Source: Clostridia bacterium
GTDB taxonomy: Bacteria > Bacillota > Clostridia > Oscillospirales > CAG-272
Length of the DNA stretch: 64,000 nucleotides
Direction: 5' to 3'
Assembly: GCA_017501225.1 (NCBI GenBank)
Contig: JAFVXH010000022.1
Span: forward strand, 4,407 to 68,406
The position numbers and the translations under genes are program-made. Below are positions 37,284 through 47,025 of the stretch, piece after piece (the first letter of the stretch is position 1; each line of letters opens with the position of its first letter). The notes beneath the pieces are model-generated. The model made no database searches and was not told the origin of the DNA. It saw nothing but the letters and a program-made list of their open reading frames with translations.

Positions 37284-38504
37284 ATGAAAAAGAATCGCAC
37301 GTTTCGAGCTAAGGTGCTCAAGGCAAACGCCGAGATCGATCTGGCGCCCAATCCCGTGACGGTCGAGCTTGGCGACGGTGTGACCGTTGACCTGGATTAC
37401 CACGGCTGGCCCACGCTTCACAAGGGACTTGACGGAACGCTTTACGCCGTTTCCTCGGTTCGCAAGACTCACCACGATCTTTGCAGCGCGATCGGTATGA
37501 CGCAAAGCTCCGACGGAGGCAAGACCTGGACGCCTTACCGCGTCATTGTGGATACTCCGCTTGACGACCGTGATTGCAGCATCATTGACCTCGGAGGAGG
37601 TCACCTGATGGTTTGGTGGTTTTCTCCCGACGCCGCGGGCTGTCTTGGTGAAAATTACCGCGATTGGTACTTCCACAGATGTACCGCAGAGCAAAAGGAG
37701 GTGCTCCTGAAGCGCCTTCAGTCCCTCGAGGGGGATGACGCGTTGGGCGGATCCTTCGTATCTCACTCCTTGGATGGCGGCAAGACCTGGAGCAAGCGTA
37801 TGCGTGTTCCGGTATCCTCCCCGCACGGACCTGTTCTGATGAACGACGGCAAGACCCTGCTTGCATCGGGACACTACTACTTCTCCGAGCGTTACGACGG
37901 ACAGACTTGGGCAAAAGCAAATATCTATGCCGTGATCAGTAAGGACGGCGGATATACGTGGGAGGTGCTTGCATCTCTGACGCGCCCCAAGCATATGTTC
38001 GGAGGCCCCTGCGAGCCTCACATCCTGCAGCTCCGCGACGGTACCATTCTGTTGGTTTGCCGTGAGTGCGGAAGAGGCGAGGATGCCGGTCAGAACCGCA
38101 CCACCATCGCACGAAGCGAGGACGGCGGTAAGACCTGGAGCGATTTCGAGCGTGTCATCACCGCAAACGGAGGACCTCCTCATCTGTATCAGCTCAGTGA
38201 CGGCAAGGTGCTCCTGACCTACGGCTGTCGCATCGCGCCCGCTTGCGGTGAGCGTTGCGTCGTCAGCGAGGACGGCGGCAAGACCTGGAGCAACGAGATG
38301 GTACTCAGTGTTGCAAAGCAGCCCTATCACAACGATCTGGGCTATCCTTCCTCCGTACAGGTGGAGGACGGCACCATTCTGACGCTTTACTATCAGCGTA
38401 CGGACGATACGATCGATACGCCGAACCTTTCCTACGTTTGTAAGCTTCTCCTGACCAAATGGAACCTGATTGAGGAAGCCGGTTGGTCCGAGGTCGAGGA
38501 TTGA
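37284..38504 (+). CDS. sialidase-like BNR/Asp-box beta-propeller protein, leaderless (array gene 6)
   Basis: 406 aa. MKKNRTFRAKVLKANAEIDLAPNPVT. Very similar to genes 4 and 5. AGAGGTG RBS. Confidence 0.75.
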   Translation: MKKNRTFRAKVLKANAEIDLAPNPVTVELGDGVTVDLDYHGWPTLHKGLDGTLYAVSSVRKTHHDLCSAIGMTQSSDGGKTWTPYRVIVDTPLDDRDCSIIDLGGGHLMVWWFSPDAAGCLGENYRDWYFHRCTAEQKEVLLKRLQSLEGDDALGGSFVSHSLDGGKTWSKRMRVPVSSPHGPVLMNDGKTLLASGHYYFSERYDGQTWAKANIYAVISKDGGYTWEVLASLTRPKHMFGGPCEPHILQLRDGTILLVCRECGRGEDAGQNRTTIARSEDGGKTWSDFERVITANGGPPHLYQLSDGKVLLTYGCRIAPACGERCVVSEDGGKTWSNEMVLSVAKQPYHNDLGYPSSVQVEDGTILTLYYQRTDDTIDTPNLSYVCKLLLTKWNLIEEAGWSEVED

Positions 38505-38529
38505 CCAAACGGAGGTTTCGAACTATCCT

Positions 38530-39759
38530 ATGAAAACCATGAAAAACCGTACCTTTCAAGCAAGGGTGACACGCGAAAAGGCAAATCGCAAGATCGTGTC
38601 CGAGCCCATCACGGTCGAAATTTACGACGGTGTTACCATTGATCTGAATTATCACGGCTGGGCAACCCTTTGCAAGGGAGAAGGGAATACCGTTTACGCG
38701 GTTTCCTCCGCACGTATCCAGCACGTTGATCCCTTCGGTGCGATCTGCTTTGCCAAAAGCACAGACGGCGGAGAGAGCTGGGAGCCTGCCCGTATCATTA
38801 TGGACACGCCCTTGGATGACCGCGATGCGGGCATCGTAAATCTTGGCGGCGGACACCTGATGATCTGGTGGTTTAACCATGATGCCGAGAAGTACCTGGA
38901 GGGAGATCCCAAAACGCACCCTTACCGACATTGGAGATACAATCCCGCAAGAACTCCCGAGCAGCTTGCGGCACTTGACGCAAAATTCGCAGCACTGACT
39001 CCCGAACAGGCGCGTGGCGGTGCTTACGTCGCACACTCGCTGGATGGAGGCGATACGTGGGGAGATCCCATTCGCATTCCCATCACCTGCCCGCACGGAC
39101 CAACCCTGATGAACGACGGAAAGACGCTGCTTGCGGCGGGTCTTGGCTGGTATGCCGATCAGCTGCTTGACGAGCCGCTTCCAAGCCACCATTTCCACCT
39201 CTTCAAGAGCTTTGACGGAGGATACACGTGGGAGAAGTTCTGTTCGGTTCCGTATCCGCCTCTGCTGTTTGGCGCGGTCTGCGAGCCGCACGCCCTGCAG
39301 CTTCGTGACGGCACCATCCTGGTTGCCTATCGTGATAGCGGAAAGATCCGAGGCGTGAACGACTGCGAGCTGAAAACCTGCGTGTCCCGTTCCGTGGACG
39401 GAGGAAAGACCTGGACCGAGTTCGAGCGTGTTCCCACGGTTAACGGAGCGCCCCCGCACCTGTTGGAGCTTTCCGACGGCAAGGTGCTCCTGTCCTACGG
39501 CTGCAATACCTCTCCCGCATGCGGCGCGCGCGTCGCGGTCAGCGATGACGGCGGCGAGACCTGGAGCAACGAGATGGTCATCAGCGTTGCCAACAACGGA
39601 TATGACGATGACTTAGGATATGCCACGTCGGTGCAGCTGGATGACGGCAGGATCCTTACGGGCTACTACCAAAAGTACGAGGATGAGCCGAATTGCTCCT
39701 TCCTTTGTACCAAGTGGGAGCTTATAGAGCAGACCGGCTGGGATTGGACCCGGCAGTGA
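38530..39759 (+). CDS. sialidase-like BNR/Asp-box beta-propeller protein, leaderless (array gene 7)
   Basis: Start chosen at MKTMKNRTFQARVTREKANRK.. (Met at 38539 is also possible). 409 aa. Most similar to gene 3. Shows GYAT instead of GYPS and YGCN instead of YGCR. Confidence 0.7.
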   Translation: MKTMKNRTFQARVTREKANRKIVSEPITVEIYDGVTIDLNYHGWATLCKGEGNTVYAVSSARIQHVDPFGAICFAKSTDGGESWEPARIIMDTPLDDRDAGIVNLGGGHLMIWWFNHDAEKYLEGDPKTHPYRHWRYNPARTPEQLAALDAKFAALTPEQARGGAYVAHSLDGGDTWGDPIRIPITCPHGPTLMNDGKTLLAAGLGWYADQLLDEPLPSHHFHLFKSFDGGYTWEKFCSVPYPPLLFGAVCEPHALQLRDGTILVAYRDSGKIRGVNDCELKTCVSRSVDGGKTWTEFERVPTVNGAPPHLLELSDGKVLLSYGCNTSPACGARVAVSDDGGETWSNEMVISVANNGYDDDLGYATSVQLDDGRILTGYYQKYEDEPNCSFLCTKWELIEQTGWDWTRQ

Positions 39760-39805
39760 TCGGACAAAAAAGAAACCAAGTAATCAATAAAAAGGAGATA
39801 TACCC

Positions 39806-41203
39806 ATGAACAAACACAACATTTTAGTGGTACTGACGTGCCTTCTGATCGTGTTCGCAACCGTTCTGACCGCTTGTGGCGGCGGCGGTGACGATAACGG
39901 TGCGGAAACCACGAAAAGACCCAAGAAGACCACCGAAAGAACCGAAGCAACCACCGCTGCAACCACTGCACCGATGGTTACCGCCAACAACCTCGTAGCA
40001 CAGGTCAACAAGGCAGATCAGAACAACGTTCTCTGCCGCCTGACCGAGGGTGTTGAGATCGAGATCTTTGACGGCGACCCCACCTATGACGGCGTTACCA
40101 TCGAGCTCAACTACATTGGCTGGCCCACCATCTGCAAGGGTGACGGCAATACCCTGTACGCTGTTGGCTCTGCACGCCTGGAGCACGTCGATCCCTTTGG
40201 CACGACCATCTTTATGGAAAGCCAGGATGGCGGCGTGACCTGGAGCAAGCCCCGTGTGATCGTCAATACTGCTCACGACGACCGTGACGCAGGCATCGTT
40301 TACATGGGCAACGGCCGCATGCTGGTATCCTACTTTACCGTTGACATTCAGGGCTACATCGACGGTGAAAACTCCTATTGGAGAAACCGTCCCAACGTCA
40401 GCGAGGAGCAGGAGAACGCACTGCTTGCACGCTGGGCAACCATGTCCACGGCACAGATGCAGGGCGGCTCCTACGTTATCTATTCCGACGACTACGGACA
40501 GACCTGGGGCGAGCCCGTACAGGTTCCCGTTTCCGCACCTCACGGACCGACTCTCGGTGCTGACGGAAAGACGCTGTATTATTTCGGACATCCCGAGCAT
40601 TCCGGCGCTGCAGGATTTAGCTTCGATACCACGAAGCTCCACCTCATTTACAGCACCAACTACGGACGGGAATGGAGACACCTCAGCCAGGTCGATAAGC
40701 CCACCGGCATTTCCTCCTACGAGCCTCACGTCATTCAGCTTACGGACGGTTCCTTTGTCATTGCGGTCCGTTCCGATACCAATCAGGCGGATGAAACCGG
40801 AAATCGCGGAATGGCAGTCTTTACCGCAACCTCCAAGGACGGAAGAACCTGGACTCCTCTGAAGCGCGTCGCACAGGACATGTTCGGAGGACCTCCTCAC
40901 CTGCTGCAGCTGAAAAACGGTGTTGTCGTTCTGACCTACGGCTACCGCCTCAATCCTTGCGGCAACCGTGTCCGCCTGAGCTATGATGGAGGAAAGACCT
41001 GGGGCAAGGAGATCGTGCTTTGCGCGTCGGTTACTCCTAAGGACAACGATATGGGTTACCCCTCCACCATCGAGCTGGATGACGGTACTCTGATCACTGC
41101 ATACTACCAGCCCTACAGTATGACAGATAAGAACGCCAACGGTAAGAACGAGCTGTTCTGCTCCTTCCTCTACACCAGATGGACTCTGGTAGAAGCAGGC
41201 TAA
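39806..41203 (+). CDS. sialidase-like BNR/Asp-box beta-propeller lipoprotein (array gene 8, KKTTERTEATTAATT-linker type)
   Basis: 465 aa. Lipobox VLTACGGGGDDNG, linker TTKRPKKTTERTEATTAATTAPMVT, then the propeller. AAAGGAG RBS. Confidence 0.75.
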   Translation: MNKHNILVVLTCLLIVFATVLTACGGGGDDNGAETTKRPKKTTERTEATTAATTAPMVTANNLVAQVNKADQNNVLCRLTEGVEIEIFDGDPTYDGVTIELNYIGWPTICKGDGNTLYAVGSARLEHVDPFGTTIFMESQDGGVTWSKPRVIVNTAHDDRDAGIVYMGNGRMLVSYFTVDIQGYIDGENSYWRNRPNVSEEQENALLARWATMSTAQMQGGSYVIYSDDYGQTWGEPVQVPVSAPHGPTLGADGKTLYYFGHPEHSGAAGFSFDTTKLHLIYSTNYGREWRHLSQVDKPTGISSYEPHVIQLTDGSFVIAVRSDTNQADETGNRGMAVFTATSKDGRTWTPLKRVAQDMFGGPPHLLQLKNGVVVLTYGYRLNPCGNRVRLSYDGGKTWGKEIVLCASVTPKDNDMGYPSTIELDDGTLITAYYQPYSMTDKNANGKNELFCSFLYTRWTLVEAG

Positions 41204-41228
41204 TTATTTCTTGATAAAGGAATATATC

Positions 41229-42599
41229 ATGCGAAAACAGACATTGACTGCGATCATTTGTCTTTTGATCGCGTTCGTCACCGTCCTGACCGCTTGCGGC
41301 GGGGGCGGTGACGATAACGGCGACGCCACCACGGCAAGACCGAAGAAGACCACGGAGAGGACTGAGGCGACTACCGCCGCGACCACGATGCCGATGGTAA
41401 CGGCATCGAACCTGATCGCACAGGTGAATAAAGAGGATCAGAATCAAGTTCTTTGTCGCTTGACCGAGGGCGTTGAGGTCGAGATCTACAACGGTGTGAC
41501 GATCAATCTTGAATATATCGGCTGGCCCACAATTTGCAAGGGCGACGGCGACACGCTGTACGCAGTCGGCTCTGCGCGCCTTGAGCACGTCGATCCCTTC
41601 GGCACGACCATCTTCATGGAAAGCCATGACAATGGAGCCACGTGGAGCGCACCCCGTGTGATCGTCAATACCTATCTTGACGACCGCGATGCAGGTATCG
41701 TTTATATGGGCAACGGCCGCATGGTCGTGAGCTGGTTTACCGCCGAGGTTCAGCCTTATATCGACGGTGATTCCTCTTATTGGAGAAACCGCCCCAACGT
41801 GACCGAGGAGCAGGAGAATGCGGTGCTTGCAAGCTACGAAACGCTGACTCTTGCGCAGAAGCAAAGCGGCTCCTACGTCATCTATTCCGATGACTATGGC
41901 AAGACCTGGGGAGATCCCGTTCAGGTTCCCGTTTCGTCGCCTCACGGCCCGACTCTGGGTGCTGACGGAAAGACCTTGTACTACTTAGGACATACCGAGC
42001 ATCCCGGTGCTGCAGGCTTCAGCCTTGATGCAAAAAAGCTTCACGTGATCTACAGCACCAATTACGGACAGAGCTGGCGTCATTTTTGCGAGATCGACAA
42101 GGTCTCGGGCATGTCCTCCTACGAGCCTCATCTGATTCAGCTGAAGGACGGCTCCTTCGTGGCGTCCGTTCGAGTGGATACCGACAAGACCGCCTTCAAG
42201 CGCGGTATGGCTGTCTTTACCGCGACCTCCAAGGACGGCCGCACCTGGACGCCCTTCAAGCGTGTGGCTGCGGATATGTTCGGAGGTCCTCCTCACCTGA
42301 TGCAAATGAGCAACGGCGTGGTGGTACTGACCTACGGCTATCGCTTGACTCCCAGCGGAACCCGCGCCCGTCTGAGCTATGACGGCGGAAAGACCTGGGA
42401 CAAGGAGATCGTGATCGCCGTTACGGTTCAGCCCGATTTTGCTGACGTAGGATATCCCTCCACCATCCAGCTTTCCGACGGTACGCTTCTGACCGCATAT
42501 TATCAGCCGTATAGTAAGGAAGACATCAGTGGCAACGGTAAGAATGAACTGTTCTGCTCCTTCCTATATACCAAATGGAGCTTGACAGAAGCAGAGTAG
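41229..42599 (+). CDS. sialidase-like BNR/Asp-box beta-propeller lipoprotein (array gene 9, same linker type)
   Basis: Trimmed to MRKQTLTAIICLLIAFVTVLTACGGGGDDNGDATTARPKKTTERTEATTAATT.. 456 aa. Confidence 0.75.
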   Translation: MRKQTLTAIICLLIAFVTVLTACGGGGDDNGDATTARPKKTTERTEATTAATTMPMVTASNLIAQVNKEDQNQVLCRLTEGVEVEIYNGVTINLEYIGWPTICKGDGDTLYAVGSARLEHVDPFGTTIFMESHDNGATWSAPRVIVNTYLDDRDAGIVYMGNGRMVVSWFTAEVQPYIDGDSSYWRNRPNVTEEQENAVLASYETLTLAQKQSGSYVIYSDDYGKTWGDPVQVPVSSPHGPTLGADGKTLYYLGHTEHPGAAGFSLDAKKLHVIYSTNYGQSWRHFCEIDKVSGMSSYEPHLIQLKDGSFVASVRVDTDKTAFKRGMAVFTATSKDGRTWTPFKRVAADMFGGPPHLMQMSNGVVVLTYGYRLTPSGTRARLSYDGGKTWDKEIVIAVTVQPDFADVGYPSTIQLSDGTLLTAYYQPYSKEDISGNGKNELFCSFLYTKWSLTEAE

Positions 42600-42615
42600 A
42601 AAAAGGAGATTTTAC

Positions 42616-43971
42616 ATGAAAAACCATACATGGGTCATGGTTCTTTGCCTTTTGATCGCGTTTGTCACCGTCCTGACCGCTTGCGGCGGGAGCGGTGACG
42701 ATAACGGCGACGCCACCACGGCAAGACCGAAGAAGACCACGGAGAGGACCGAGGCAACAACCGCCGCGACGACTGCCCCCATGGTGACAGTATCCGATCT
42801 GATCCCTCAGATCAATGAGGCGGATCAAAATCTGATCCTTTCCCGCCCGATGGAGGGGATCGAGGTTGAGATCTACAACGGCGTTACCTACAACCTACAT
42901 TATCTCGGCTGGCCCACCGTTTGTAAGGGAGATGGAGAGACCCTTTATGCGGTCGCATCCCTGCGCCTTGAGCACATCGATCCCTTTGGAACGACGGTAT
43001 TTATGGAAAGCCACGACAGTGGCAAAACCTGGACCAAGCCTCGCGTCATCGTTGACACCGCCCACGATGAGCGCGATTCCGGTATCGTTTATATGGGGAA
43101 CGGTCGCATGCTGGTCAGCTATTTTACCCCTGACGTACAAAGATATATCGACGGCGATTACTCCTATTGGCAAGGTAGGGAAGATATTACCGAGGAGCAG
43201 AAGAAGGCAGTGCTTGCCCGCTACGAAACGCTTTCCTTGACGGAAAAGCAGGGAGGCTCCTATGTCGTTTACTCGGATGACTACGGACAGACCTGGGGCG
43301 AGCCCGTACGGGTTCCCGTTTCCGCTCCTCACGGACCGACTCTCGGTGCTGACGGAAAGACGCTGTATTATTTCGGACATCCCAATAATCCCGGTGCCGC
43401 AGGCTTTAGCTTTGATACAACCAAGCTGCACGTGATTACCAGCACCAACTACGGAAAAAGCTGGAAGCATCTGTGCCAGGTGGAAAAGCCCACGGGACTT
43501 TCCTCCTATGAGCCTCACCTGATCCAGCTGTCCGACGGCTCCTTTGTAGCCGCGGTTCGCTCGGATACCGATAAGACCAATACGGCTACTCGCGGAATGG
43601 CGGTTTATACCGCAACCTCAAAGGACGGAAGAACATGGACTCCCATGAAACGCGCGAGCAGAGATATGCTGGGAGGACCCCCTCACCTGATGCAGATGGA
43701 CAATGGCGTTGTCGTTCTGACCTACGGCTACCGTGAAGGAGAATGCGGATCCCGCGCTCGCCTGAGCTATGACGGGGGACAAACGTGGGGAGAGGAGATC
43801 GTGCTTGCCATCTCGGCATTGCCCGATAGCACCGACTGCGGATACCCCTCGACTGTCCAGCTTGCGGACGGAACACTTTTCACCATATATTATCAAGAGT
43901 ACGCTCCCAAGGATTATTTCTGCTCCATTCTGTATACCAAATGGAGCTTGGTAGAAGCGGATGCGCAATAA
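42616..43971 (+). CDS. sialidase-like BNR/Asp-box beta-propeller lipoprotein (array gene 10, same linker type)
   Basis: 451 aa. MKNHTWVMVLCLLIAFVTVLTACGGSGDDNGDATTARPKKTTERTEATTAATT.. AAAGGAG RBS. Confidence 0.75.
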   Translation: MKNHTWVMVLCLLIAFVTVLTACGGSGDDNGDATTARPKKTTERTEATTAATTAPMVTVSDLIPQINEADQNLILSRPMEGIEVEIYNGVTYNLHYLGWPTVCKGDGETLYAVASLRLEHIDPFGTTVFMESHDSGKTWTKPRVIVDTAHDERDSGIVYMGNGRMLVSYFTPDVQRYIDGDYSYWQGREDITEEQKKAVLARYETLSLTEKQGGSYVVYSDDYGQTWGEPVRVPVSAPHGPTLGADGKTLYYFGHPNNPGAAGFSFDTTKLHVITSTNYGKSWKHLCQVEKPTGLSSYEPHLIQLSDGSFVAAVRSDTDKTNTATRGMAVYTATSKDGRTWTPMKRASRDMLGGPPHLMQMDNGVVVLTYGYREGECGSRARLSYDGGQTWGEEIVLAISALPDSTDCGYPSTVQLADGTLFTIYYQEYAPKDYFCSILYTKWSLVEADAQ

Positions 43972-44008
43972 ACAGAAAAGACTAATAACGAACTACGGAG
44001 AACTACTT

Positions 44009-45469
44009 ATGCAACTCAAAAACCCTTTGGTGCTTGCGGTGTGCCTTCTGATTATGGTATCTACCGTTCTCGCTTCCTGCAATCCGACGGGTAGCGGCTC
44101 GAACGCAACCGGTGAACCCACAGAACCTACTGCAGACGCGACAACAGAGGTAACGACCGAAGCTACAACCGAAGCTACAACCGAAGCTACAACTGAAGCT
44201 ACCACCGAGGCGACAACCGAAGCCACCACCGAAGCTACTACGGGTGGAACAGAAAAGCCTCCCGTCACAACGGTAACGCATATGACAGCAGAAATTTTAG
44301 CAGGAAATCAAATCATTGGGCGTTTGCAAAACGACCCGGTTACCATTGAAATTTACAACGGAGTCACCATTGATCTGCATTACATCGGCTTTCCTACCAT
44401 TTGCAAAGGCGAGGGAAGCACTCTTTACGCAGTAGGCTCTGCCCGATTTGAGCATATCGATCCCTTTGGAACGATGGTGATGTTTGAAAGCCACGACAAC
44501 GGCGCGACCTGGAGCGAGCCTCGCGTGATCGTGGACACCCCCCTGGATGACCGCGATTCCGGAATTGCTTATCTTGGCAACGGACGCATCCTTGTCAGCT
44601 GGTTTTCGCCAAGCGCGAAGGAATTCATTGACGGCAATTACGCATATTTTCTGGAAAAACGAAAGCACGTCACTGATGAACAAAAGCAGGCGGTCTATGA
44701 CCTTTACGCAAGCCTTTCCGAGCAGGAACAGGCAGCGGGATCCTGGGTCATGCTCTCCGAGGATTACGGCAAGACCTGGAATACGCCCGTTCGCGTTCCG
44801 ATCTCCGCGCCTCACGGTCCGTCCGTGGGAATTGACGGAAAGACGCTGTACTACTTCGGTCACCCCAACAACCCGAAGGCGGCAGGTGCCCCTGACGTCC
44901 AAGCGGGACTCCTCTACGTGTATACCAGTGCGGACTACGGTAAGACCTGGCAGCAGATGAGCTATCTGACGCGCCCCCTTACCTGCTACGAGCCTCACAT
45001 CCTTCAACTCAAGGACGGATCCTTTATTGCCGCCGTTCGTGCGGATACCGATAAGAGCAACGACAGGACGCGCGGAATGGCGGTCTACGTTGCGACCTCA
45101 GAGGACGGCGTGACCTGGACGGAGCTGACGCGTCTTACCGAGGATATGCTGGGAGGACCTCCTCACCTGATGCAGATGTCCAACGGTGTGGTGGTTCTGA
45201 CCTACGGATACCGCGAGTCGCTTTGCGGTACTCGCGCGCGTCTGAGCTATGACGGCGGCGTTACGTGGGGCAAGGAGATCATACTTGCCGTTTCCGCTTC
45301 CTCGAACAACACCGACTGCGGATATCCCTCAACCGTTGAAATTGAGCCCGGTGTTCTGATCTCGGCGTACTATCAGCCTTACTCCCGTCAGGATATTATC
45401 CAGAACGACAAGGGAGAGCTGAACGGATCGCTGATGTATACGAAGTGGATGCTCACCGAAACCAAGTAA
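44009..45469 (+). CDS. sialidase-like BNR/Asp-box beta-propeller lipoprotein (array gene 11, TEAT-linker type)
   Basis: Trimmed to MQLKNPLVLAVCLLIMVSTVLASCNPTG.. 486 aa. Linker TTEVTTEATTEATTEATTEATTEATTEATTEATTGG. Confidence 0.75.
   Translation: MQLKNPLVLAVCLLIMVSTVLASCNPTGSGSNATGEPTEPTADATTEVTTEATTEATTEATTEATTEATTEATTEATTGGTEKPPVTTVTHMTAEILAGNQIIGRLQNDPVTIEIYNGVTIDLHYIGFPTICKGEGSTLYAVGSARFEHIDPFGTMVMFESHDNGATWSEPRVIVDTPLDDRDSGIAYLGNGRILVSWFSPSAKEFIDGNYAYFLEKRKHVTDEQKQAVYDLYASLSEQEQAAGSWVMLSEDYGKTWNTPVRVPISAPHGPSVGIDGKTLYYFGHPNNPKAAGAPDVQAGLLYVYTSADYGKTWQQMSYLTRPLTCYEPHILQLKDGSFIAAVRADTDKSNDRTRGMAVYVATSEDGVTWTELTRLTEDMLGGPPHLMQMSNGVVVLTYGYRESLCGTRARLSYDGGVTWGKEIILAVSASSNNTDCGYPSTVEIEPGVLISAYYQPYSRQDIIQNDKGELNGSLMYTKWMLTETK
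44138..44242 (+). repeat. in-frame 12-nt tandem repeat (ACCGAAGCTACA)n encoding (TEAT)n linker
   Basis: About eight consecutive units, several identical at the DNA level, inside array gene 11. Confidence 0.85.
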
Positions 45470-45506
45470 TCTTACTTCCCAAAATACCAAACTACGGAGG
45501 ACATTT

Positions 45507-46868
45507 ATGAAAAGAAAAAGCCTGCTGACCTTGGCGCTTTGTCTGCTGATCGCGTTTTCCACCGTTCTTGCCGCTTGCGGAGGGGACAGTGACAACGGCG
45601 ACGAAACCACGGCAAGGCCGAGGAAGACCACGGAACGGACCGAGGCGACCACTGCCGCTACGACCGCTCCCATGGTAACCGCTACCGATCTGGTGCCCCA
45701 GATCGACAAAGCGGATACCAACCAGATCCTTTCGCGCCTGACCAAGCCTCTGACCGTCAATATTGACGAGAACACCACCATTGATCTGCAATATCAGGGT
45801 TGGCCCACCGTTTGCAAGGGCGAGGACGGCACGCTTTATGCGGCAGCAAGTGCGCGTGTGCTTCACGTCGATCCCTTTGGCGTCGTCGTATTCTATGAAA
45901 GCCACGACAACGGAAAGACCTGGAGCGAGCCCAGCATCGTTTACGACAGTCCCTTGGATGACCGCGATGCGGGAATCGTTTACCTCGGGAACGGCAAGAT
46001 TCTGGTAAGCTGGTTTACCAACCTTGGACAGAGCTATATCGACGGCGATCTCTCCTCCTGGAGAAACAGCAATAAGATCTCGGATGAGCAGGAGGATGCC
46101 TACATTGCACGCTTCAATCAGCTTCCGCTTTCCGAAAGACAGAACGGATCTTACGTCATCCTCTCCGAGGACTACGGAAAGACCTGGGGAGAGCCCATCC
46201 AGGTTCCCGTTTCCGCTCCTCACGGACCGACACTGGGCAAGGACGGAAAGCTTTATTACCTCGGAACGGCACACAATGCCTCGGCAGCAGGCTTTAGCAG
46301 CTTCAACGGCAGCCGCTATCTGTACGTCATTTCCAGCGCCGATGGCGGAAGAACCTGGAGAGAGGTTTCCGCGCTTGAGAAGCCCACGACAAGCTTTGAT
46401 TTCTGCGAGCCTTACATCATTCAATTGACCGACGGCTCCTTCATTGCCGCCATTCGCGTGGCCATCGCACTTCACGATACCACCGATCCCACGCAGGGAA
46501 TGTGTACCTTCACCGCAACCTCCAAGGACGGTCGCAATTGGACGTCTATGGCACGCGTCAGTGAGAACATGTGGGGAGGGCCTCCTCATCTGCTGCAGCT
46601 CTCCAACGGCGTTGTGCTTCTGACCTACGGATACCGCATCACACCAACCTGCAGCATCCGCTACCGCCTGAGCTATGACGGAGGCAAGACCTGGAGCAGT
46701 GAGGAGCTGCTCACGCCCGCCCACAATCCCAACAATAACGACATGGGATATCCTTCCACGGTTGAGCTTGAGGACGGTACGCTTCTGACTGCCTATTATC
46801 AGACGTATCGGACGGATGGCTATTGCTCCTTCCTGTATACGACCTGGAAGCTGGTAGAGCAGGAATAA
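45507..46868 (+). CDS. sialidase-like BNR/Asp-box beta-propeller lipoprotein (array gene 12, KKTTERTEATTAATT-linker type)
   Basis: 453 aa. MKRKSLLTLALCLLIAFSTVLAACGGDSDNGDETTARPRKTTERTEATTAATTAPMVT.. The propeller is more diverged. Confidence 0.72.
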   Translation: MKRKSLLTLALCLLIAFSTVLAACGGDSDNGDETTARPRKTTERTEATTAATTAPMVTATDLVPQIDKADTNQILSRLTKPLTVNIDENTTIDLQYQGWPTVCKGEDGTLYAAASARVLHVDPFGVVVFYESHDNGKTWSEPSIVYDSPLDDRDAGIVYLGNGKILVSWFTNLGQSYIDGDLSSWRNSNKISDEQEDAYIARFNQLPLSERQNGSYVILSEDYGKTWGEPIQVPVSAPHGPTLGKDGKLYYLGTAHNASAAGFSSFNGSRYLYVISSADGGRTWREVSALEKPTTSFDFCEPYIIQLTDGSFIAAIRVAIALHDTTDPTQGMCTFTATSKDGRNWTSMARVSENMWGGPPHLLQLSNGVVLLTYGYRITPTCSIRYRLSYDGGKTWSSEELLTPAHNPNNNDMGYPSTVELEDGTLLTAYYQTYRTDGYCSFLYTTWKLVEQE

Positions 46869-47025
46869 CCCCCCTCGGTTCACTTTTGAACATCACAGTT
46901 CTATTCCATTTGACGTTTTTTTACATTTTGCCGTTTGGAAAGCCGCAGCGTAATAAAAACGCTATGACTTGTCCGTCCTTTTGGCAGTGTGTATGAAAAT
47001 AGATAACAAAAAGGAGAAATCAGAC

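Noticed and set aside
36438-38330. A 630-aa minus-strand ORF spans two array genes and their intergenic gap. Similar long antisense ORFs lie opposite nearly every array gene: 30584-31804, 31936-33012, 33467-34744, 34811-35680, 38305-39459, 39824-40900, 41094-41945, 45492-46883, 48379-49683.
   Set aside because: They sit in the codon-aligned antisense frame of GC3-rich genes, where stops require the rare sense codons TTA/CTA/TCA. Their products are low-complexity (Ala/Gly/Val/Arg-rich), have no RBS or recognisable motifs, and simply mirror the paralogy of the sense genes. The sense-strand proteins have clear Asp-box and lipobox features.
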